Shown here in pieces: positions 21,521-30,721 of a stretch of 64,000 bases of DNA. The notes beneath the pieces were generated by a model. That model ran no database searches, had not been told where the DNA came from, and was given only the letters and a program-made list of their open reading frames with translations. The stretch is from Flavobacteriaceae bacterium (GTDB lineage Bacteria > Bacteroidota > Bacteroidia > Flavobacteriales > Flavobacteriaceae), in assembly GCA_049439205.1 (NCBI GenBank), contig JBMTKF010000003.1, forward strand, positions 4,512 to 68,511, written 5' to 3'. The position numbers were made by a program, and so were the translations under genes. Position 1 is the stretch's first letter. Each line of letters begins with the position of its first letter.

Positions 21521-22460
21521 TTTCCAATAGTTGCTTTAATACGGCTTGTGCAGAATAGATCCTGTTTTGAGATTGTTGAATGACCAATGAATTTCGACTG
21601 TCCAAGACTCCATCGGTCGCAACAATATTCCTTCTTATGGGTAGGCAATGCATAAATTTTCCACTATTGGTCAGTTGCATTTTTTCGGGTGTGATCATCC
21701 ATTGATCATCTGTTCTGAGGATTTGTCCATAAAAATCATATGAGCACCAGTTTTTGGTATATACAAAGTCAGCATCTTCCAAGGCTTTTTCTTGGTCGGT
21801 GGTGCATTCTATCCTTTCAGTAATTTTTGGATTCAGGGCATAGCCTTCCGGATGTGCAATAACGAAATCAGCATCCATATTTTTCATCATTTGGGTAAAA
21901 GAATTTCCAACCGCGTGGGGAAGGGCTTTGGGATGAGGAGCCCAGCTCAATACTACTTTAGGTTTGTGGTTGGGTTTAAATTCCTCAATCGTGATGGCAT
22001 CTGCTAGGGCTTGCAAGGGGTGTGCAGTAGCACTTTCCATATTGATAATGGGAATCGAAGCGTATTTTGCAAAGCTTCTCAATACAATCTCAGCCTCGTC
22101 TTTTTCTTTATCTGTCAAGGAAGCAAAAGCCCTAATGGCAACCATGTCACAGTATTGGGAAACCACATTAGCGGCTTCCTTTACGTGTTCAGATCTCAAT
22201 CCACTCATTTTGGTGCCATCTTCAAATTCCAAGGCCCATGATTCTTGACTAAAATTCATGACCATGGTGGGGAGTCCCAAGTTTTGCGCTGCTTTTTGCG
22301 TGCTAAGTCGCGTTCTCAAACTGGGGTTAAAAAACAACAAGCCCAATGTTTTGCCTTTGCCCAAACCATCAGATTGTGTTGGATTCTTTTTTAAATCCAT
22401 TGCCAATTCAAGGGTCTGTTCAAAATTGGGTAAATCCGCTAAGGTGATAAAATGCTTCAT
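21513..22460 (-). CDS. argF: N-acyl-L-ornithine (acetyl/succinyl) carbamoyltransferase, ArgF'-type
   Basis: 315 aa. Carbamoyl-phosphate motif SLRTR, plus HPLQ and HCLP. The canonical OTCase D-x-x-x-S-M-G ornithine loop is replaced by DFVYTKNWCSYDFYG. Confidence 0.8.
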   Translation of the reverse strand: MKHFITLADLPNFEQTLELAMDLKKNPTQSDGLGKGKTLGLLFFNPSLRTRLSTQKAAQNLGLPTMVMNFSQESWALEFEDGTKMSGLRSEHVKEAANVVSQYCDMVAIRAFASLTDKEKDEAEIVLRSFAKYASIPIINMESATAHPLQALADAITIEEFKPNHKPKVVLSWAPHPKALPHAVGNSFTQMMKNMDADFVIAHPEGYALNPKITERIECTTDQEKALEDADFVYTKNWCSYDFYGQILRTDDQWMITPEKMQLTNSGKFMHCLPIRRNIVATDGVLDSRNSLVIQQSQNRIYSAQAVLKQLLENG

Positions 22461-23578
22461 AATAAATCTTCTAATGCATCAAAAAGTTGATCAAAATGTA
22501 CTTTTTGTACAGTCAGTGGTGGTAGGATTCTTAAAACCTTTTTATTGCTGCTACCTCCCGTAAATATATGTTTTTCATATATAAGCCTTTTTCTCAAGGG
22601 TCCTACTTCAAAGTCAAATTCCAGTCCAAGCATGAGCCCTCTGCCTTTGATTTTCACTCCTTTTATTTTTTCTGCTATGTCTCTGAAATAAGCTTCCATT
22701 TCTTTAGCATGTTTTTGAAGTTTGTCTTTTTTTAGGATTTCCAAAACCGCTAATGATGCAGTACAGGCCAAGTGATTCCCTCCGAAAGTGGTTCCCAACA
22801 TCCCGTATTTTGGTTTGATATCGGGGTGGACCAAAATCCCACCAATGGGAAAACCATTACCCATTCCTTTGGCCATGGTAATAATATGGGGTTTGATATT
22901 GTTATTTTGAAAAGCAAAAAAGGTCCCCGATCTGGAAAATCCTGATTGCACCTCATCTGCGATAAGAGCAGTATTATATTGATAGCACAATTGTTCCATT
23001 TTTAATACGAAATCTTCTTCAGGCTGATCGAGACCGCCCACCCCTTGAATAGGTTCGAAAATTACAGCGCATACATCTCCTATTTGCAATTCTTTTTCCA
23101 ATGCCTGTACATTATTAAAAGGAATAAATGTAACCTCTTGCTGCTGATTTAGGGGTGCATTTATATTGAGATTGTCAGTTGCGGCAACGGCTGCGGAGGT
23201 TCTGCCATGAAATGCATTTTTAAAGGCCACCACTCTTTTTTTACCGTTTTGAAAGGAGGCCAGCTTTAGTGCGTTTTCATTAGCTTCAGCTCCCGAACTG
23301 CACAAGAATAGTTGATATTCATGTAAACAGGATTGTTCCCCTATCTCATCTGCAAGTTCTTTTTGTAGCGGGTTTTCTACGGCATTAGAATAAAAAGCTA
23401 TTTTTTGCAATTGCTCTTGTAATCGATTGACATAATGGGGGTGGCTGTGTCCTATTGAAATGACCGCATGACCACCGTATAGGTCCAAATATTCTGTCCC
23501 TGCCTCATCATAAACATAGACATCCTTTGCCTTTGTGGGGGAAACTTCATAAAGCGGATATACGTCAAATAGTTTCAT
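22457..23578 (-). CDS. argD: Acetyl/succinyl-ornithine aminotransferase (class III PLP)
   Basis: 373 aa. ADEVQSGFSRSG and the TMAKGMGNGFP PLP-lysine region. Confidence 0.9.
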   Translation of the reverse strand: MKLFDVYPLYEVSPTKAKDVYVYDEAGTEYLDLYGGHAVISIGHSHPHYVNRLQEQLQKIAFYSNAVENPLQKELADEIGEQSCLHEYQLFLCSSGAEANENALKLASFQNGKKRVVAFKNAFHGRTSAAVAATDNLNINAPLNQQQEVTFIPFNNVQALEKELQIGDVCAVIFEPIQGVGGLDQPEEDFVLKMEQLCYQYNTALIADEVQSGFSRSGTFFAFQNNNIKPHIITMAKGMGNGFPIGGILVHPDIKPKYGMLGTTFGGNHLACTASLAVLEILKKDKLQKHAKEMEAYFRDIAEKIKGVKIKGRGLMLGLEFDFEVGPLRKRLIYEKHIFTGGSSNKKVLRILPPLTVQKVHFDQLFDALEDLL

Positions 23579-23603
23579 AAGTTTAAATCCCTATTGATAG
23601 GTT

Positions 23604-24398
23604 TCATTGCATTTTAATTTCATTAATTTTTTCGAAAGAAGCCATAAGACCTTTGATTAGAGAAGAACTCAAGCCTTGGTGTTCCATTTCGTTCAAACCC
23701 GTAATGGTACAACCTTGAGGAGTGGTGACTTTATCGATCTCGGTTTCTGGATGGGAGTTGGTTTCGATCAAAAGACTGGCAGCTCCCAAAGCAGTATACA
23801 TTGACATGCGCATAGATTCATCAGCATCAAAACCCATTTGGACACCTCCCTGGGTAGTTGCACGGATGAGTCTCATCCAAAAAGCGATTCCACTGGCACA
23901 AACTACGGTAGCAGCCTGCATTTGTTTTTCGGAAATTTTGATGGTGGTTCCCAGTCCATTGAAAATGGCTTCTGCAATAGCAATTCTCTTCTCACCGGTA
24001 TTATTACAACACAAGCAGGTCATTGATTTTCCTACTGAAATGGCAGTATTTGGCATACTTCGTACAATGGGATAATCCCTTCCCAATTGGTCTTCCATTC
24101 GCTGGATACTATAGCCCGTAATGGCCGAGATCAAAACGTGTTTGTCGGTCAACACATCCTTTATTTCCTCCAAGATGCCGTCAAACTGTCGGGGCTGTAC
24201 CGTAAAAATGATAATGTCAGCATTTTTTAAAGCCTCTTTGTTGTCTGTAGTGATCTTGACATTGTTGTATTCCTCCCATTTTTCAATGGGACTGAGGTCT
24301 CTTTTGGTCAGATAAAGCGAGGTGTAGGTATTGTTGTAAACCAATCCTTTGGCAATACTCAATCCTAAATTTCCTGATCCGATGATAGCTATTTTCAT
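23604..24398 (-). CDS. proC: Pyrroline-5-carboxylate reductase
   Basis: 264 aa. N-terminal Rossmann motif IIGSGNLG and a P5CR C-terminal dimerisation region (TTPQGCTI). Confidence 0.9.
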   Translation of the reverse strand: MKIAIIGSGNLGLSIAKGLVYNNTYTSLYLTKRDLSPIEKWEEYNNVKITTDNKEALKNADIIIFTVQPRQFDGILEEIKDVLTDKHVLISAITGYSIQRMEDQLGRDYPIVRSMPNTAISVGKSMTCLCCNNTGEKRIAIAEAIFNGLGTTIKISEKQMQAATVVCASGIAFWMRLIRATTQGGVQMGFDADESMRMSMYTALGAASLLIETNSHPETEIDKVTTPQGCTITGLNEMEHQGLSSSLIKGLMASFEKINEIKMQ

Positions 24399-24416
24399 TT
24401 TTATTCTTTTTAATTT

Positions 24417-25376
24417 TTAAAACACACTGGCTTTGAGTTGTAAGCCTAAATCTTCTTCCCATCCCATTATAAGGTTCAAATTTTGAATGGCTTGACCTGA
24501 TGCACCTTTTACCAAATTATCAATGACCGATGTGATCAGTAATTGATCTTCAAATTGATGTAAGTGTATGGCACAATGATTGGTATTTATTATTTGTTTT
24601 AGGGTAAGTTCATTATCCGATACATGCGTAAAAGGATGGCTCTTATAGAACTCCTTGTAAATTTCAATCGCTTCTTTGAGTTTACCATCGAAAAGGGTGT
24701 AGCAACTGGCAAAAATCCCTCTCGTAAAATTCCCTCTTTGAGGAAGGAAATAGATTTTTGGGTTGCCTAAGGTTTCACTGATTTCGTCCAAGTGTTGGTG
24801 AGTAAAGGGTTTGTACCATGATATATTGTTGTTTCTCCAGCTGAAATGTCCGGTGGGACTTAATCCCACCCCCGCGCCTGTGCTGCCTGTGGTGGCGTTG
24901 ATATGGACTGCTTCCCGAATCTTTTGCGCTTTAACAATAGGCAAAAGAGCCAGTTGAATCGCTGTGGCAAAACAACCGGGATTGGCAATAGCATTAGCTT
25001 TTTTAATCTTTTCTCGCTGAAATTCCGGTAATCCATATACAAAATCGTAGTCCTGAAATTGGGTATCTTTTTTCAATCTAAAATCGTTACTCAAGTCAAT
25101 AATGATGGTATTTTTAGAAAATTGATTTTTTTCCAAAAACCCAACCGATTTACCATGCCCCACACAGAGGAATACCACATCGACATCTGGGTCAATGGTT
25201 GCTGTAAAATCCGGTGCTCCACTGCCTAGTAAATCTGAATGGGTATCGTGCATTGGTGTTCCTGGTCTGGTGCTACTGTAAACAAAATCCAATTCCAATG
25301 CGGGGTGGTGTAATACCAATCGGATCAATTCTCCTCCGGTATAACCTGAACCCCCAATAATGCCTACTTTTTTCAT
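24417..25376 (-). CDS. argC: N-acetyl-gamma-glutamyl-phosphate reductase
   Basis: 319 aa. GGSGYTGGELIRL N-terminus and active-site NPGCFATA. Confidence 0.93.
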   Translation of the reverse strand: MKKVGIIGGSGYTGGELIRLVLHHPALELDFVYSSTRPGTPMHDTHSDLLGSGAPDFTATIDPDVDVVFLCVGHGKSVGFLEKNQFSKNTIIIDLSNDFRLKKDTQFQDYDFVYGLPEFQREKIKKANAIANPGCFATAIQLALLPIVKAQKIREAVHINATTGSTGAGVGLSPTGHFSWRNNNISWYKPFTHQHLDEISETLGNPKIYFLPQRGNFTRGIFASCYTLFDGKLKEAIEIYKEFYKSHPFTHVSDNELTLKQIINTNHCAIHLHQFEDQLLITSVIDNLVKGASGQAIQNLNLIMGWEEDLGLQLKASVF

Positions 25377-26563
25377 TTTTCTTTATTTACGAATTGGTAT
25401 ATTTTGTTTTGGTTTGAAAGTAGTTTAATAAAACCCTTGGCGTCATCTGCTGACCAACCCTTGTTTTCTTCCCCATAGCTGCCAAAAGCTGCATTCATCA
25501 GGTCGTAATCTGATTCAATACCGTTGAGTTCAAATCGATAGGGGTGGAGGGTTACGAAAACCTTTCCGCTAACCGTTGTTTGACTGTTGCTCAAAAAGGC
25601 TTCTAGGTCCCGCATGACCGGATCCAAATATTGTCCTTCGTGGAGCAGCATCCCATAAAAATTTCCCAATTGTTCTTTCTGAAATTGTTGCCATTTGCTT
25701 AAGTTATGTTTTTCAAGCAGGTGATGGGCTTTGATGATCAATAGAGGGGCAGCAGCCTCAAAACCAACCCTACCTTTGATACCTATAATGGTGTCTCCTA
25801 CATGGATGTCTCTGCCAATCCCAAATTTTTTGGCTTGATCTTGTAATTTGATGATGTTATTTACAGGATTGTCCATCTTCCCATCAATTCCTACCAATTC
25901 TCCTTTTTCAAAATGAAGGGTGACTTTTTGAGCCTGTTGTTTTTCCAGTTGACTTGGATAAGCAAATTCGGGAAGGCTAGCGTGGGAGGTCAGGGTTTCA
26001 TTACCGCCCACACTGGTTCCCCACAAACCTTGGTTGATTGAGTATTGTGCTTTTTCCCATGACAAGACCACTCCATTTTCTTTGAGGTAAGCGATTTCAG
26101 CTTCTCTGGAAAGTTGTTGGTCTCTGATGGGGGTGATGATTTCAATATCCGGTGCCATGACTTGAAAAATCAAATCAAACCGAACTTGATCGTTTCCTGC
26201 TCCCGTACTTCCATGGGCAATGGCATCGGCACTAATCTTATTGGCATAGGCTACGATTTCCATGGCCTGAACAATTCGCTCTGCACTAACCGATAGGGGG
26301 TAGGTATTGTTTTTGAGAACATTACCGAATACCAAATATTTGACTATCTTTTCGTAAAAGGAGTCTAGTGCATTAATGGATTGATAGGTATGGGCTCCCA
26401 TCTGCAGGGCTTTGGTTTTCATTTCCTCCATTTCCATAGCATCAAATCCTCCTGTATTGACACTTATGGCATGAACCTCATAGCCTTCTTGAGAGAGTTT
26501 CATCAAGCAATATGAGGTATCTAAACCGCCGCTGTAAGCCAATACTAATTTTTTATTTTCCAT
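25373..26563 (-). CDS. argG: Argininosuccinate synthase
   Basis: 396 aa. AYSGGLDTS ATP-pyrophosphatase motif, and GSTGAGNDQVRF. Confidence 0.95.
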   Translation of the reverse strand: MENKKLVLAYSGGLDTSYCLMKLSQEGYEVHAISVNTGGFDAMEMEEMKTKALQMGAHTYQSINALDSFYEKIVKYLVFGNVLKNNTYPLSVSAERIVQAMEIVAYANKISADAIAHGSTGAGNDQVRFDLIFQVMAPDIEIITPIRDQQLSREAEIAYLKENGVVLSWEKAQYSINQGLWGTSVGGNETLTSHASLPEFAYPSQLEKQQAQKVTLHFEKGELVGIDGKMDNPVNNIIKLQDQAKKFGIGRDIHVGDTIIGIKGRVGFEAAAPLLIIKAHHLLEKHNLSKWQQFQKEQLGNFYGMLLHEGQYLDPVMRDLEAFLSNSQTTVSGKVFVTLHPYRFELNGIESDYDLMNAAFGSYGEENKGWSADDAKGFIKLLSNQNKIYQFVNKEK

Positions 26564-26584
26564 TTTTGATTTGCTAAAAGGTTA

Positions 26585-27109
26585 TTATTGTCTTGGGTCA
26601 TATAACATACCTGTGCACAGGCACATGGTTCTTTCAGTTCGGGTCAATACGTCGTAATTTTTACAGGTTTGACAGCCTTTCCAAAACTCGGGGTCGTCTG
26701 TTAATTCTGAAAATACGACAGGTTGATAACCCAATTCATAATTAATCCTCATTACAGCTTTTCCAGTCGTGATCCCGAAGATTTTGGCATTAGGAAATTT
26801 TTCCTTAGACAGATCGAATACCCTTTTCTTGATTTGTTTGGCCAGTCCTTTTCCTCTATGATCAGGAGAGACTATCAAACCGGAGTGGGCCACGTATTTG
26901 CCGTGTCCCCATACTTCAATATAGCAAAATCCTGCGAATTCATTGTTTTCCAATGCAATCACGGCATTGCCTGCTTCCATCTTTTTACTGATGTATTGAG
27001 GGCTCCTTCTGGCGATACCGGTACCACGCATTTTGGCTGATTCGCCGATACATGTACTAATATCTTTAGCGTGTATAATATGTTTTGAATTGGCAATAAT
27101 CAATTCCAT
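26585..27109 (-). CDS. GNAT-family N-acyltransferase, first gene of the arg operon (candidate N-acylglutamate synthase)
   Basis: The ORF track starts at TTG 27118; the first ATG is at 27109 (MELIIANSK..). GNAT acyl-CoA motif HRGKGLAKQIKKR. C-terminal Cys cluster C-x2-C...C-x-C (CQTCKNYD...MCLCTG). Confidence 0.8.
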   Translation of the reverse strand: MELIIANSKHIIHAKDISTCIGESAKMRGTGIARRSPQYISKKMEAGNAVIALENNEFAGFCYIEVWGHGKYVAHSGLIVSPDHRGKGLAKQIKKRVFDLSKEKFPNAKIFGITTGKAVMRINYELGYQPVVFSELTDDPEFWKGCQTCKNYDVLTRTERTMCLCTGMLYDPRQ

Positions 27110-27274
27110 TATTGACAAACGTTTTTGGGTTGAAAAAATATGTTGTAATCTTTGGAAAATGAGACTGGACGCACCTGAGTCTCGAATAGAGAGATGTACC
27201 CGCTAGGGGCGGCATGAACGAATTGAAGCCGGACTGTAAACTGCGGCGATTCCCAAGGAGTATGTCGTTGCATC

Positions 27275-27286
27275 TTTCATTTGAAA
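27275..27286. promoter_or_regulatory. Palindromic site TTTCAttTGAAA, copy 1
   Basis: 5-bp inverted arms with a 2-bp spacer. Identical 12-mer at 27377..27388. Overlaps the ATG of the minus-strand mini-ORF. Confidence 0.3.
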
Positions 27287-27376
27287 CGCAAATATCCGAA
27301 TTTTATTTTTTTTTGCAAAATCGTTATAAAATATTCATAGATCACTTTTGTTTGCTATGCACATTCCAAAAGATAT

Positions 27377-27388
27377 TTTCATTTGAAA
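27377..27388. promoter_or_regulatory. Palindromic site TTTCAttTGAAA, copy 2
   Basis: Identical to copy 1, 102 bp away, just upstream of the tilS start. Confidence 0.3.
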
Positions 27389-27428
27389 TTTTTGGAAACG
27401 GGCTGTGACAAAATCCTTAATTTTGGAT

Positions 27429-28736
27429 ATGGATAGAAAGTTCCAAAAGTATTTGTCCGATAACTCCTTCGTCCTAAAAGGTCAAAGATTACTTTTAGCA
27501 TTCAGTGGGGGCCTAGACAGTTGTGTCTTGTTGGACCTTTGTTTGAAATCGGAGCTCATGCCCGCCCTTGCCCATTGTAATTTTCAATTACGAGGTCACG
27601 CAAGTAAAGAGGATGCTGATTGGATAAAAAACTTGGCCCTTAAAAAAGGTTTGGAATGTCATATTCAAAGCTTTGATACCCAAGCTCATGCACTTGAAAA
27701 AAAAGTATCCATTCAGATGGCGGCACGGCAGTTGCGCTACCGATGGTTTGACACTTTATCCAATCAATATGACTATGATTTGATTTTGGTTGCCCATCAT
27801 GCCGATGATGCCCTGGAAACCTTTATGATCAATGTCATGCGTGGCACAGGTCTTAGAGGTTTGTTGGGTATCCCCGAGCAAAGAGGAAAAATCTTACGCC
27901 CGATGTTGTTTTTTTCACGTGAGGAGATTATGCGATACGCTTTGGAAAATAAAATTCAATGGCGGGAAGACCTGTCCAATGCAAAAACCGAGTATCTGCG
28001 CAATGCACTCCGGCACAAGGTGATTCCACAATGGAAAAAAAAGGATCCTAATTTTGATCAGCAGTTTCAAGAAACACTCAAACATTTGAGCGAGGCTCAA
28101 AATGTTTTGGAGGATGTTATTAGTGATTTTAAAATGAACAATTTTATCCCACAAAAACAAGGGTTTAAAATTTCAATCGATGTTTTGAAAGGCCTGTCTT
28201 CATTGAATTATTACCTGCATGCGTTGTTTGGCCCCTTCGGCTTTGGGAACTTGGCAGACCTTAAGCAGTTGATGCATTCACAAAGTGGAAAACAACTATT
28301 TTCCAATACCCACCGATTGATCAAAGACAGGGAGTGTTTTTTATTGACCCCTAAAGAATCGTCTCCATCCGAATCCTATTCTATTGCCTCTGGATTGAAA
28401 ACTATTGATACTCCCCTTAGGCTTTTTTTTACCCAAGAAAAAACCTTTAAAAAAGTAGATTCTAAAAGCCTAATGTTAGACAAATCCAAGTTAAAGTTTC
28501 CTTTACTACTGAGAAAATGGAAACAAAGTGATTATTTTTATCCCAACGGTTTGAAGGGAAGCAAGAAATTGAGCAAATATTTTAAAGACGAGAAATATTC
28601 CCTTTTGGAAAAGGAAGCCCAGTGGTTGCTTTGCTCTGGAGAGGATATTGTTTGGGTGGTTGGAGAAAGGGCTGATCAGCGTTTCTTGGCCAATGCTGAA
28701 ACAAAAGACAAGTGGTTAATTCGCTACGATGATTAA
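27429..28736 (+). CDS. tilS: tRNA(Ile)-lysidine synthetase
   Basis: PP-loop motif SGGLDS. The ORF track starts at GTG 27405; the first ATG is 27429 (MDRKFQKY..). The stop overlaps the dsbD-like start (ATGATTAA). Confidence 0.9.
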   Translation: MDRKFQKYLSDNSFVLKGQRLLLAFSGGLDSCVLLDLCLKSELMPALAHCNFQLRGHASKEDADWIKNLALKKGLECHIQSFDTQAHALEKKVSIQMAARQLRYRWFDTLSNQYDYDLILVAHHADDALETFMINVMRGTGLRGLLGIPEQRGKILRPMLFFSREEIMRYALENKIQWREDLSNAKTEYLRNALRHKVIPQWKKKDPNFDQQFQETLKHLSEAQNVLEDVISDFKMNNFIPQKQGFKISIDVLKGLSSLNYYLHALFGPFGFGNLADLKQLMHSQSGKQLFSNTHRLIKDRECFLLTPKESSPSESYSIASGLKTIDTPLRLFFTQEKTFKKVDSKSLMLDKSKLKFPLLLRKWKQSDYFYPNGLKGSKKLSKYFKDEKYSLLEKEAQWLLCSGEDIVWVVGERADQRFLANAETKDKWLIRYDD

Positions 28737-30714
28737 AAAAGGCTTTTTTCTATTATTTTTTTGTACACTGGGACTCCAGGCACAAGAACCCGTGGTTTGG
28801 ACAACCGACATAGAAAAGACAACGGATATGGAATACTTGCTGATTTTTAAAGCATCGGTCCAACCCAAATGGCATTTGTATTCACAAAACCTTCCCAAAG
28901 ACGGTCCTTTGCCTACCGAGTTTATCTTTGAAGGGTTAGATACTGCTTTTGAATTGCTTGGAAAAACTGAAGAAAGTAAAACCGTCACGGCCTTCGATCC
29001 TGTTTTTGAAATGGATTTATCTTGGTTTGAGGGAAAGGCAACTTTCCGGCAAAAAATCCGATTGCTCCAACCCGAGCTTGGGACAGTCTCTGGAGAGATC
29101 AATTTTCAAGCCTGTGACGATAAAATATGTATTTTTAGAAGCGAACCCTTTCGCTTTGTTTTGGATCCCTCCAAAGCCATTTCAGTAACACAAAAAACCG
29201 TTGATCCGGAAAGTTTAAAAAAATCGGAGGCATTGGAGTTGCCACTTAAAAATAGGCAGTTTTTGATCCAAAATCAAAGTCAAAATAGTGATAAGCGTTT
29301 GCTAAACTTATTTTTATTGGGTTTTATAGGCGGCTTTATTGCGCTGCTCACCCCTTGTGTTTTTCCAATGATACCCCTTACGGTTTCCTTTTTTCTTAAG
29401 CAGAGTTTAAGCAAAAGAAAAGGGGTGGGACGTGCCTTGATTTATGGGTTTTTTATACTGTTGATCTATATCTTGATGAGTTTACCCTTTCACTTTTTGG
29501 ATACGCTCGATCCTCAAATATTAAATACGTTATCGACCAATATAGTAATGAACTTGATCTTTTTTGCGGTATTTGTCTTTTTTGCCTTTTCATTTTTTGG
29601 CTATTACGAATTGACCTTACCCAGCAGTTGGGGGAATCGTTCTGATGCTGCCTCCGCCGGTGGTGGAGTGTTGGGGATCTTTTTTATGGCACTTACTTTG
29701 GCTATTGTATCTTTCTCATGTACAGGTCCTATATTGGGCTCATTACTTGCCGGTTCACTAACGGTAGAGGGTGGAGCTGACCAACTGACTGTGGGTATGG
29801 CCGGCTTTGGATTTGCCTTAGCACTTCCTTTTGGCTTATTGGCCTTTTTTCCCAACGCCCTCAAATCCATCCCCAAATCGGGTGGATGGATGACCAAGGT
29901 TAAAGTAACTTTGGGCTTTTTGGAATTGGCATTAGCCTTAAAGTTTTTGTCCAATGCCGATTTGGTAGGGAATTGGGGGATACTCAAGCGCGAGATTTTT
30001 GTGGGTTTATGGTTGGTGATAGCTTTTTTATTATTTCTGTACCTAATGGGATGGTTGCGCTTTCCTCATGAAGTAAAAGAAACTAAAATCTCAAAAGTTC
30101 AACGATTTTTTACTTTTTTGGTATTGATGTTTATTTTCTATTTAATACCTGGTTTGGGAAAAAATCAAGACGGACGCCTCACCCTATTAAGTGGATTTCC
30201 TCCTCCGGTATTTTATAGTGTTTATCCCTCTGATTCAGAATGTCCTTTAGGATTGAGGTGTTTTAAGGATTATGAAACCGGTAGGGCTTATGCCGAAGCA
30301 GAGGACAAACCTATCTTGTTGGATTTTACCGGTTGGGCCTGTGTCAACTGTAGAAAAATGGAGGAAAATGTGTGGTCCCGACCCGAGGTATTCCGTTTGT
30401 TGAATGAGGAGTTTGTTATTATTTCACTCTATATAGATGACCGCAAAGAATTGCCCAAAGCACTTAAGTTTAACTTTCAATATCCCAACGGAAGGATCAA
30501 AACCATCAATACCCTAGGGGAAAAGTGGGCGACTTTTCAAACCTTAAATTTTTCTTCAGCATCTCAACCTTATTATGTTTTAATGACCGCCGACGCAACT
30601 ATACTCAATCCTCCTATTCAATATACCGATACGGCCACCTACAAGGATTGGTTGCTATCGGGTTTGGAACAACATCGACAAAGAGCAAAACAGCCCAATG
30701 GTTATGCTTTTTAA
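28729..30714 (+). CDS. dsbD: DsbD-like thiol:disulfide interchange protein (cytochrome c biogenesis transmembrane family + thioredoxin domain)
   Basis: 661 aa. Signal peptide and N-terminal periplasmic domain, a multi-TM core with conserved Cys (LTPCVFPMIP, SCTGP), and a C-terminal thioredoxin-like WACVNCRKME (CxxC). Confidence 0.85.
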   Translation: MIKKGFFLLFFCTLGLQAQEPVVWTTDIEKTTDMEYLLIFKASVQPKWHLYSQNLPKDGPLPTEFIFEGLDTAFELLGKTEESKTVTAFDPVFEMDLSWFEGKATFRQKIRLLQPELGTVSGEINFQACDDKICIFRSEPFRFVLDPSKAISVTQKTVDPESLKKSEALELPLKNRQFLIQNQSQNSDKRLLNLFLLGFIGGFIALLTPCVFPMIPLTVSFFLKQSLSKRKGVGRALIYGFFILLIYILMSLPFHFLDTLDPQILNTLSTNIVMNLIFFAVFVFFAFSFFGYYELTLPSSWGNRSDAASAGGGVLGIFFMALTLAIVSFSCTGPILGSLLAGSLTVEGGADQLTVGMAGFGFALALPFGLLAFFPNALKSIPKSGGWMTKVKVTLGFLELALALKFLSNADLVGNWGILKREIFVGLWLVIAFLLFLYLMGWLRFPHEVKETKISKVQRFFTFLVLMFIFYLIPGLGKNQDGRLTLLSGFPPPVFYSVYPSDSECPLGLRCFKDYETGRAYAEAEDKPILLDFTGWACVNCRKMEENVWSRPEVFRLLNEEFVIISLYIDDRKELPKALKFNFQYPNGRIKTINTLGEKWATFQTLNFSSASQPYYVLMTADATILNPPIQYTDTATYKDWLLSGLEQHRQRAKQPNGYAF

Positions 30715-30721
30715 AATTGGC

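Noticed and set aside
27161-27270. Considered whether the GC-rich arg-leader element is a known small RNA gene (SRP/4.5S RNA, 6S RNA, tRNA fragment).
   Set aside because: I could not find the SRP domain IV motif (GGAA tetraloop flanked by AGCA / G-rich loops) or a cloverleaf, and the length and pairing do not fit 6S RNA. It is kept as an unclassified leader element instead (see findings).
27214-27408. 64-aa plus-strand ORF (MNELKPDCKLRRFPRS...) covering the arg/tilS intergenic region.
   Set aside because: It spans the GC-rich element and the AT-rich promoter DNA, has implausible composition (FYFFLQNRYKIFIDHFCLLC..) and no start context. The region is better explained as non-coding regulatory sequence.
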